A DNA stretch of 64,000 nucleotides, from contig NMRA01000198.1 in the NCBI GenBank assembly GCA_002633005.1, positions 623,459 through 687,458 of the forward strand, in the 5' to 3' direction. The DNA comes from Phoronis australis. Its lineage: Eukaryota; Animalia; Phoronida. A model generated the notes under the pieces. That model saw only the letters and a program-made list of their open reading frames with translations, was not told where the DNA came from and ran no database searches. Positions 12,545 to 23,119 of the stretch are shown here, piece by piece. Position 1 is the first letter of the stretch. Each line of letters starts with the position of its first letter. Made by a program: the position numbers and the translations under genes.

Positions 12545-13515
12545 GGCTTATCTTTTCTTCAATCACTTGTAGACACTAACCTAAGTTATAGTGCAGTCAA
12601 CACTGCCCGGTCTGCCTTATCATCATTTTTTCCCTTTTCTGCAGGCTTTTATTTTGGAACACATCCGGATGTGACCTGGTTCATGAAAGGGGTAGCAAAT
12701 CTTAGGCCGTCAGTGCCTCGCTATGTAGACACTTGGAACACCAACGTGTTGTTGAATTTACTGAAGTCGTGGACTCCGGCATGGAAGTTGCCACTTGATA
12801 AATTGTCTATGAAAACAGTTATGTTAATTCTACTGGTGACTGGCCAGCGGACGCAAACCATTTCAGCTTTAGGGGTGGAGAAAATGGAAGTGTCTGCTGG
12901 CAAATATGTATTCAGTCAGTAGGAAGGACTTGAAACAAGGACGTTTAGCTCACAAACCTAACTTATTACAGTTGAAGGCATTTCCAGATAAGTGTCTTTG
13001 TGTTCATTATTACTTAACTGTCTATTTAGAACGTACCTTAGATTCTAGGGGTAGTATTAAGCATTTGTTTCATACTGTTAAGAAGCCGAGGAAGGGTGCC
13101 ACTTCTGATACCATTCGTAGATGGATCAGGTTTGTTCTGGAACTATCTAGCATTAATGTTTCTACTTATGAACCAGGTAGTGTCTGCACTGCCAGCTTCA
13201 GTAAGGCGAACTCGGCAGAAGCGTCTATTGAAGAAATCTTGACTGCTGGAGGTTAGTCTAGAGAGTCGACTTTCTCGAAATGTAGAAAACCTATGTGTAA
13301 GAATACCAATTTTGCTGATTATGTTCTACAATGAACATATGTTTGTTTTACCTGTCAACCCTTTGTGATTTTGGTTGCAATGTTTGGTATTTGGTTTAAT
13401 ATAGATATGAAACTGGATTTTCTGTGCTCTCATCTTTCAAGTCTCATGGCAGCACTGGGGGATTCTGGGAAGGAATAAAATTATTCAATTAGACCAACTT
13501 ACGTTAAGTGAAGGA
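12545..13515 (+). mobile_element. DIRS tyrosine recombinase fragment and 3' terminal region
   Basis: YSAVNTARSALS, FMKGV.N.RP..PRY..TW, K..ML..LVTGQR.QT, LKQ.R, LCV...L..YL.RT, TIRRWI, IL..GG*S.ESTF. Followed by a DIRS-like terminal AATAAAATTA...ACTTAC motif. Confidence 0.85.
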
Positions 13516-13524
13516 TGACTGAAT

Positions 13525-13935
13525 AATTTTGTTGTACACCAGATGGATGTAAAAGCATATCTGAACGCGCCCATTGACTGTGAATTGTATGTTAAACAAC
13601 CAGAAGGTTTTGAGGTAAAAAGTGATATCGGTGAAAACTTAGTGCATAAGTTGAAGAGATCATTGTATGGCCTGAAGCAAAGTGGGAGAAATTGGAATAA
13701 TTTGCTTCATTCACATTTGGTTGAACAAAGTTTCTGTCAGTCAGTAGTAGATCCATGTGTTTGCACTCAAATTTCCGACAGCGAAGTGGTCATTATTGTT
13801 ACATGGGTAGATGACATCATCATAGCTGCTAGTTCTACCCCAGTCTTGAAAATATGAAAAGAGATTTTCAGGATGAAAGATCGCGGCCAGATTTCATTGT
13901 TTCTCCATGTAGAATTTGAACACCATGAGGGAACC
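13525..13935 (+). mobile_element. Copia/Ty1 reverse transcriptase fragment
   Basis: HQMDVKAYLNA, YVKQPEGF, KLKRSLYGLKQSGRNW, DPCV, WVDDIIIA, F.MKD.G. Confidence 0.9.
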
Positions 13936-13939
13936 CTAA

Positions 13940-14056
13940 GCCAAATTTCATCAAGATCATATGAAGGGTTCAGGAGATACAGCTGCAGACGCCAGACACC
14001 CAGACAGAGATGACCGCAAAATGCAACCACATATAAATATGTTGGCGCATAAAAAT
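13940..14056 (-). mobile_element. Helentron-associated (HINE/DINE-1-like) non-autonomous element, 5' fragment
   Basis: Minus strand reads TTTTTATGCGCCAACATAT..ATATGTGGTTGCA hairpin, then a GTCT-type microsatellite. The same end recurs near 23795, 25739 and 32928. Confidence 0.55.
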
Positions 14057-14253
14057 GACTTGATGTACAAACATCAACTCTTAGTTTAAAGCCATGACCA
14101 ACATCATCGGATAGCAGAAATTCTGAACTTGACAAGATAACAGAATATTGTAAATGCTATTATAATGTTAAATATTTTATGCTGGACTCGTATCTCTTAC
14201 ACTAACTAAATGCACCTTCTGTTATTCTAACTCTCAACAGCTTAGCACTTCAT

Positions 14254-14322
14254 ACACAGGCACACACACGGACGCACGCACACACACACACGCACGCACG
14301 CACACACACACACACACACACA
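14254..14322. repeat. (CA)n/(CACG)n compound microsatellite
   Basis: Direct reading: cacacacacggacgcacgcacacacacacacgcacgcacgcacacacacacacacacacacaca. Confidence 0.95.
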
Positions 14323-15327
14323 AACAGCACCAACTCATACACGATCTCACACCCCAATATCTGAAATTATGATGACCTGTTTCTAAGTCACCAGAACCAG
14401 TGAGCAACCTGGCTCCTAATTTGCATAAGTTTCAAACATTGCCAACAGGAATAATTGCAACCAGAATAATGTTGAAGCAGCATTAAAGATGCTATGCGTC
14501 ACTAAGTTGTGAATATGCAAATGAAGTGCTAGTTTACAAACAGCCCCAAGTTATCCGGTGTGCCGGAAACCATCCGAGAACAGCTTAGACTTACAGTCGC
14601 GTGAAAGTCTCATTTTGCGAAACTATTTTTTTGTAAATGAGTATGGCAATGTCATCGTTACCCTAATGGAACAAGGCGCAGTTTTTATTATTTATTCATT
14701 TCACTATCAAATAACAATTGCGTAATATTTGGAATTTCTAGGGTTTTCTGTATGTTTCCACTTATTTTTACGTGTATCAGTTGTGGTGTTTTCTTTAAAA
14801 CCGCAATTGATTTACAAACCGTTTCTTTTCCTGATTTTACTTGTACACAGTTATCCAGAAGTCACAAGGTGACGCTTGCTACACATTTAAATATTTAGTT
14901 TTAATGAGACATAGCATCTTTAAACCCGCGCTCTGTTTCAATTTAGGGCACTTGCTGTTATAAAATTGGTTTCATCTTGTTCCCCTCGGTTTTTACAAGT
15001 GACAATTCATAATTTCTTCAAATCAAGCTCACGTGACTGGAAATTTTAACAGTTTGTTTAAGAACTAGCAGTTCTTTGCACGACTAAATAATACTTCTCA
15101 TCTGAGTAAGGAAAAAGTCATGACCAAATTTATAAAGGTACGTGGCCTAAATCAAAACTTAGTTCCTTTGGCAGAACAAGTGTAAAGGTATTACCAGACA
15201 ATGGTAGTATGACTTGGATGAGACAATGTCATCGTTGTAATCCAGCAAAAAGCTCTCTGTTACCAGAACCTTGCTCACTTTTGCTTTTATCTTTGTCAAA
15301 CTTTACCTACGAGCACCATCAAGTATG

Positions 15328-18300
15328 TTATTCAGGACATGGCAGAACTTTCAAAATCCAGTCTTTCAAGGACAACACCGACTCCGTTTTCAGTTCATGG
15401 TAGCCTTTAAACTGGTGGAACTCCGTGTCAACACCCAAAGCCTTCATGTTTTGTGCAGTCTGTTCTCCCCAGTTGTACATCACCATGGGGTCTGATGTAT
15501 TGTGCGACACAAAGAGACGTGGCAGAGACGATTGCTTGGCCTCCCTCACAGCCTAGGCAACAACGTAATAGGTTACAGAACCCCCGCAATAACCAATCGA
15601 GTCTTTTCCAAAAAAAATTCCCTCAACATTAATGAAGAAATTTTTTACGTACAAGGCCAATGGGTGCACTAAAATGACAGAACGTCAAAATACAGATCGT
15701 AATCATTCCTTACAAAGGAGAGGTGGAATACACAGAGTGGTTTTTAGACAGCCAAGTCACTTCTTTCGGTTCTCTCAGCATAAACCAAGATCAAAATAAG
15801 GAATGTGCCCAGTGGGACAACAAATTTAACGTTTTTTTTTCAAAAGTGCCTTAAGCATTTACACTGAAACTAAAATTCTTCAGATTTAACAAAGTGTGAA
15901 AGCAGAAAAATAAACATAAAATGATGACAGTGCTCCTAATTAGAATCTTAAAACATCTAATGGAAGTTAAAGATTGATAACCTTGTTATTCATAGCATTG
16001 TCATTTCAGTTTCATAATAAAATAGTGGTTACATGATACAAACCTGATACACCAAGGAATTCTGCGCCAAAAAGCTTGACATTGCAAAACAGCCTGCTAT
16101 ATCTGGATGGTGGCGGTAAACAAAGTGTAATGCCATCGCTCCACCCATTGAAAACCCACCTGCAAGACAAAGGCATACTACAGGTGCCAATCAAATAACA
16201 TGATAAAGAAAGAGACAATGACATACACAGAAATATAAGTCACCAATACATTAAACGGAAAGCTTGTAATGACATGAAATTGAAAAAAAATATATAAAAT
16301 ACAAACAGAACAGATAATACATTAAAGCTCATTAATGACAAAATCCATTCAGGGCCAGCAAGGGTGTTGACACAATTGTATTCTAAAACAAAACAACAGC
16401 ACATTCCTTTACTGCAATAGGTGATCAACCAAATAACCATTGATTTCAAGTTGTTCAACCTACCAACGATAATATTCTTTTTAGCTATTCCCTGAGACAG
16501 TTCATAGTCAATCAAACCATTCAGCGTTCTTGCCATTGAGTCAATGTCAGCCACATCTTCAGGAACATTGGGCTTGACTTGAACCCGGTCGAACCATACT
16601 GTTTCTATTCTACCCCTGTGAGGAGTATAGGGCCTGAAACAGATTAGTATTTACTATCTACCATCTGAAAGATTATCCATCATTTTCATTTCATTAGGAA
16701 AGTAGGTAATTTCCCACCCATGCTTCAGAGAATTGCAAACCTGTCATGAAATGGCAATCAAACAGCAAGAGCTATAGAGTTAATGAGATACAGCCCGACA
16801 TGAAATGGACAAAATCATCACTATAGGGTGTCGCAGTAGTCACACCTGTCAAAAAACCAATGTCAGTCATGACATTCTTGTCAGGAATACATCTGCCATT
16901 TTTCATAATTCTTTTAGAAATTAGGAAACTACATAGTTTACTTACCTATGCGTAACATCGGCAATTTATTTTGGACTTTTGTTTTCTTGAAAAGTTCCTC
17001 CAACAGAGGTCGCATGTATGCATTAATGATTTTCAAGCCCACATGGGATGGTGGTAAAGATGATCGCTCCTAAGGAAACGAAAACATTGATCATCAGCAA
17101 GATGAGCAGTAACGTCTTAACACTGATGAACTTGAAAAACTAAACGCTTTGACATCTTAATTGATGTTTTTGTTATTAATTTAATGATCATTTTTCATAT
17201 GTCTTGATGAAATGTGTATGGAAACGCAGGACATGTGACCTCTGCGGAGAAAGCTTTTCAAGAAAGCAAAAACTCAAAATACATTGCCAACGTTCCGCGC
17301 AGTAAGTTTTGTCATTGCTGTTTATTTTTAACTCACTTCTCACCTCACGAGGTAATGAATAAACCATAGATTTGAAATCAGAAGAAACATCAAATATGTT
17401 TGGGCCGATTCCGATAAGAGTGGTTATGGGATTCTGAGACACAAATGCCTTCAACAGAACATACTTAAAGAACGGCTTCAATTTCAAGCACAACATTCAT
17501 TTCATGTCCTTATACGTTGACGGTCAACAGATACCTTCCAAACCACTTCAAGCAAAGTCTGACCTTGAGCTTATTTTCGGGTACATGAAAAAGTTAGCAA
17601 GACGAAGGTAATGACATTAATTGTGCAGATTATTCAAAGGGAAACACGCTATTTGCTTTTGATCTCTTCCTCAACCTCTCTGATGGGTATGATTTGAACA
17701 AACGACGAAACATGCGCATTGAGGTTCATTTTGACCAACCCTTGCCAAGTGCCATCAACACGCTCGTGTATGTCAAGTTTGAAAAAGTGATCGAAATTGA
17801 TCACTCCAGGAACGTTCTGTTCACCTTGAACAGCATGAATATGTTAGAGATTGAATCCACCTTTTCACAGGATCCTTTTGTAAGACCAGTATCAAAGACC
17901 AGCTCAAAGATGATGGCATGAAACATTATCCCAAGGGTCTACAGTCCCAGTAATAAACCTGGCATGCACTGGGTTGCCGTGTACCTGACGTACAACAAGT
18001 GTGGAGAATATTTTGATTCCTATAGCATTGTCCCCTTAATCACAGACATATATGCGAGTTTTGTGTTGCATGTTGAACACACATATAAAACCACTATTGG
18101 TGTCTGTGCAATAAAACCAGATAAACGTCACAAAATACTGTTCAAGTGACACTTTTTTTCTGTTTATTCCATCTGTTTGCTTTTAGAGCATGATGTAAAA
18201 AACGGGACTTGGAATGAACAATGGCGAAAAACGCGGAAATTTTTACGGCCCACAACATGCGCGCAGCCAGCCTTGAAAATGTAGGTGAGGACCTTTTGCC

Positions 18301-20836
18301 GACGAATATCGAGAGGACTAAAAAAAAAAAAAACGGTACCACCTCCAGAAGCGTGCATCTGCGTCTGTCTTAGTTCGTCCGCTGCTCCCACCTCCAAACA
18401 TTTTTGGCTGCAGGGTCGTAGTATTTGTCACCGCGGTTTACAATCACACGACCCGCCATTGAGGAAATCCACCACGCTATCCCAGATGCCCCGGCAATGT
18501 TGACAATTTACGTTCCTCCGAAACATAAAGAGCAACTTCCGCTTTTCGAGGTGAAAGTCGTCGGCAACGCGGCGGTAATGAAACAAATTTGCCGCGGAAA
18601 TTTTATATCAAATCCGATTTTTTTTACGCGGAAATATAATAAAATACGCAGACAGAACATTTGAAAAAAGCGGAAATCCACGTTTCCGCGGAAAATTCCA
18701 AGCCCTGAAAAAAGTAGGATGACGACACATCCTCAGGTGCAAAAAACGACGACTCCTCACTGACCTTTGGTTGACCATTTCCCGAGACGTGGCCCCTTTC
18801 CGGGCACCTCCAAAGGACCTCAAAGAAATCCTCGGAATAATACCTCTCAGGGCCATATATTACTACTAATGTGCACCCACAGTTGTATAAGTGGGTGAAT
18901 AAAAATACAAGCAACACAAACAAACCTTTCAGGTGCTGTTGGATAAATCAACCTTATATGCTTGAAGACTAGATTATGATCCAGTACACTCCGTACCCAT
19001 GACATAACTCCAGGACCTGTATCACCTGAAACCAAACATTCAGTTTAAAATGAAGTTTGTATAAAAACAGCTGTTGAATTTTCAGTCTGAAAGCACTTTT
19101 TGATTTGCAAACTTGAGAGACAGGTGCTCCATCCGTGCAGCCACCTCTTGGCTGGCAGGCAGAATCTCTCTCCATAAACTTTTATGCAATAGTGTTTGAC
19201 ATCGTAAGAGAGAAATTTACACAGAATATATTGTCTAGCGTACATGGCACATTAGGATGTACCACCTACTGACCTGATTGCTTATATAGCCTACTCTTTA
19301 TGAAGTTAATGATTTTGTTAGAACTTAGAGACTTGCAGAGGAATCCAACACAGCTTTATAGATAGCCAGCCAGCTAGCTGTATGAAGACTGTCATCAAAA
19401 TACCGCTAGGTAACACTGTGTGCATTTCTTCCGTAGACCCCGAAATTGCACACAGCCAGGGTAGTTCTGCTCGTCACCTCGCAGTGAAACTTGTATCAAC
19501 ATGTAAAGCTAACGACCGGATGGGGTGTATGCAAAATCTGGGAATCAACCGACACTCACCTAGCCCATTACAGACGTTTAAGTGAAAAACAATGCAATAA
19601 ATGTCATTTTCTTACATAACTCTCCGCCTTTTCTAACAATGAAAAAAGTATGTTGTCGTTTTGAAAGCAGTATGGTCGTGCCACGCACACGCGCCATTTC
19701 CTAAATTTTTGCGACATCTCTCGGGAGATGGTGATAGCTTGGCAGCAGCAAAATATCTTCTGAAATTCGGTTTTTCGGAATCAAAATTCTAAAAACTCAT
19801 AATGAAGTGAAACCAGTTCCAATAATTTCCAATAATTTGGTGTGATGTGTATGCAACCTCGTGAAAGAACAACAGTTGATTGAAGAACCGGCGAAAAAAG
19901 AAACTGGCCAAAAGGTTACGCAATATTTCATGGTGCCGAAAGCCGTCGCTAAAGATCGCTCCACAACTTTAGCAGCAGAATAACAGTAGAATGCCATTTT
20001 TTTTCCAACACTGTTAAATAATTTAGTTTACTCAAGGAAGACTGTAGCTTTTTATGACACTAATTTTGTGTCAGATTTTATCTTACCACTTTTTTACCCA
20101 CAGCAGTGCAAAGCTGTATATTTAGTATACAGCTTTGTACCAAAGCTACATTATAAACTGAAATTAATATTGTCTGTTACAGCTAAACAAATATTTATGC
20201 AAACCCATACTCCACAACAATCAGTTTTGTTGTAGAATTCCAACATGCAGTAAAGTACACTCAAAATAGGAAAAACCACAAGGGGGCACCGTGGGACCCA
20301 GCCACAGGATGAAATATTAAAACGACAGAGACCGGTCCCTAGCTTCAACATGGCCGCAGGTGAATAACAGCAATGCCACTATTCACTAAAAACTGGTTTG
20401 AGGCAGCCATTTTGAAGAGGGGCCAGTCTACGTATGGATTTGGGGGTAAAGCAATTTACAGACATGAGACATGTTATCTAACTACACAGACACCGGCGTC
20501 CTCAGCTTATGATCGTCCCTAATACACTATATGTATATTGGGGGCGATCAGAGGCAGATGACGTCTGTGCACAGGTCAAGCGTGACAGGGCTTGGCAACT
20601 TAGCCTCAAGGCAGAGGCGATCAAGTCTAAGAATCTCGCGGAGGCGAATAACAAGCAAGGCGATGCCACCGCGTAAGCACGCGACAAACTTGATGCAGAA
20701 TAACTAGAAATCGCATACTGGGGCCAATAAACGAAAACGTCTTACATGAACCATGCAAAAATATTAATGCTGCACTGTGTTTTGGGTTTGTTTGCGCGAC
20801 CACGACGGTGCGAAGCAACTTCGTGGAGGCAGCCAT
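15328..20836 (-). CDS. LYPLAL1: Lysophospholipase-like protein 1 (acyl-protein thioesterase family alpha/beta hydrolase), copy A; 5 exons, 233 aa
   Basis: Exons 20836-20746 (91), 19025-18926 (100), 16633-16464 (170), 16159-16044 (116), 15552-15328 (225). All GT-AG and in frame. Motifs IFLHGS, YPTAP.RPYT, VWFDR, GGFSMGG (nucleophile Ser), SHNTSDPMV (Asp), GYHEL (His). Confidence 0.92.
17230..18060 (+). mobile_element. Maverick/Polinton remnant: major capsid protein C-terminus and cysteine protease N-terminus
   Basis: NMFGPIP.RVV.GF..T.AF...[57 protein letters not shown], followed by [10 protein letters not shown]...GEYFDSY. Lies in LYPLAL1-A intron 2, antisense to the gene. Confidence 0.8.
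19363..20148. mobile_element. Non-autonomous DNA transposon, AcademH-like family 1, copy 1
   Basis: TAGCC...GCTA termini, subterminal hairpin CAAAGCTGTATA..TATACAGCTTTG, degenerate 9-bp flanks CTTTATAGA/CATTATAAA. Closely similar to 58707-59456. Confidence 0.7.
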
Positions 20837-21775
20837 ATTCCCACAATGCCTCATTCAAATTCCTTCGCAGTGCCCTCATGTGGCAAGAGTGGTTGCGATT
20901 CCCATGACCGCCCAGCGACTGTTGAGAAAACTGAGGACATCGGCAAGGACTATAATAACCGTGCCGAATATCGGGAGCCAGACAAAGAAGTGAAGCCACG
21001 ACGCGCCCTAGTCCGTCAGCCAGGGTCCCTGTCAACCAGCCGACCGAATGTTCATGAGTAAAATTGCCCATCTTTCCAGAGATTATTATTTTTTGTTTGT
21101 TATTTTACATTCATATTATTTACCGTTGTCATTCACAACAAATTACATCTAAAAATTCTAAAATTCACATATATACCGTCTCCTTTTATCTCATTTAAAG
21201 CTGTATTTTGTCCTGCTATCTTACTAAAACAGTCGAAATAGACCTTTTACTGTCATGAAATAGATCTCATATTCGTTACCATGATACCATTTCATTTTTG
21301 TTACCAACATTCAAGAACATGATTGGGATAGGACAACCCTAAAATTGCTTAATCGAAAATGGCCGTGTATGTATTGTAGGTGGTTTGTCCGGAAACAGAA
21401 TCTTGTCGTGGTAAAAAATATTACGTACGACACCAATTTTGTGAGCGTAAATACGGTCTAGTTCGGCTGTTTGAGGTGAGTTAAAACAGGGCAAAATGCA
21501 CCATTTTTACAGGTTTTTTTTATCAATCAGTTCAAGGGTTCAATTACTTGTCATTTTCTTGGTTTCATTAGTTGCGGTTCATTTAGTTCGCGCAGTAGCT
21601 TCAGTCCCGTTTATTCCTAGTATTTCACCGGCTCATTTTATTGTCGCATTTCACAACACCGATCATTTCTTGAGTTTTATAGTTTTGTTTAAATTGTACC
21701 AATTTACAGTTTCTTCATAAGTCAGGTTTTAGAGATAATTTCTCAGAAGTTCACACCAACCCCCGCACACTGGGC

Positions 21776-21827
21776 TAAATAAAGTATGTATTTAAATAAA
21801 GTATGTATTTAAATAAAGTATGTATTT
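21776..21827. repeat. Tandem repeat, 17-bp unit x3
   Basis: TAAATAAAGTATGTATT repeated three times. Confidence 0.9.
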
Positions 21828-23119
21828 AGCTCATTTCGCAGTAGCAACCGAACGCTTCACCGCTAAGCCGAATATCGCACGCTTAACAACAGCATTTACA
21901 CCGGCAGTAAAGACACCGGCCTTGATTTGAAAAACTAACAGACAACGGCGAGAATTGGCGATTTGTAATAAAATCACAAAGCACAACGGATTTTGTCATT
22001 TTATAGCAAAGATCACAGCAAATGACTTCAAGATGTCTATCCCATTCCACAACAATACCAAACTTGCGTTTTTTGGGCGCGAAAAGGATAACGTCCATTC
22101 AGTTATCACAGTAGCAGGTTTTTGAATTCGTCAGACTATGCGGTACGATTAATTCATTACATAAACCATAACTAATCCATCACTTTTGACCGAATTGTTA
22201 ACTTGTCACATTGCACTGCATGATTTAATTCACATCAGGTCATGAATATCTATTAATAATTTCTCAGTACTGTTGCAGCGATTGATTAACTTATTTGCTG
22301 CATTATTAGTTTCATTCAATTGTCGCATTTTAGGACTCCTCAAGTTTTTGCAGTGTGTCACACTAGGCTGTAAAGGGTGGTCAAATGAAAACACCAGCGA
22401 ATTTTCATGAGTATTTGCAACATATGTAGTGCAGGTCGACTCAGTGAACAAAACTGACACGACACCTGTCCGTGAAAACAATACAGCTAGGGGTTACTAT
22501 CGTGGCAACTATAAATCGTCATTCAGGTGACACAGTGCACGAACTTCTTACCTCCTTACAGGTAGATTTCTGATCCAACATATTTTACGAATTCATTACC
22601 TCATCGTATTGCATGGATTTATTCGCTTTTAATAGGTCCTCTTTTCGTCACACTGTAAAGGTATGTCAACCTGTAGTATTTTACGAGCTCATAAATTTGG
22701 CACAAGGCATTTCAGTTTTTTATTTGCCATGTTATCGATTTTTTAAAATTTACTACACTTAGTTCCTCGCACTGTACGAAATTCTGCAACTCTGTAACTT
22801 AAGACGGAATTATCAATTCCTCATTTCATAGTTTGACAATTTATTACATCACTGCTCCTTTTATAGTATTCTGCAGGTGCTTTAATTTGTGGCTTTTTAC
22901 AGATTTCTTTATTCAGACACCCCATTTTGCGGCTTCATTCAATTGTCACATTTTACACAGACTCCCATGCATTTGTCGCACCACTGAGGAAATTGCTTCG
23001 AGTCCGTCTGAAGGGTGCCAGTGAGCAAGTCGTATGATGCAAATACAGAACCACGGTTTTATTTGGCGAAGCGGGACTGAAAATGTGCAGGCGTCTCGGC
23101 CACAGTGCCTAGTTACTAT

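Noticed and set aside
20777-21071. Overlapping 94-109 aa ORFs around LYPLAL1-A exon 1
   Set aside because: No recognisable domain; explained by the GC-richer promoter and first-exon region.
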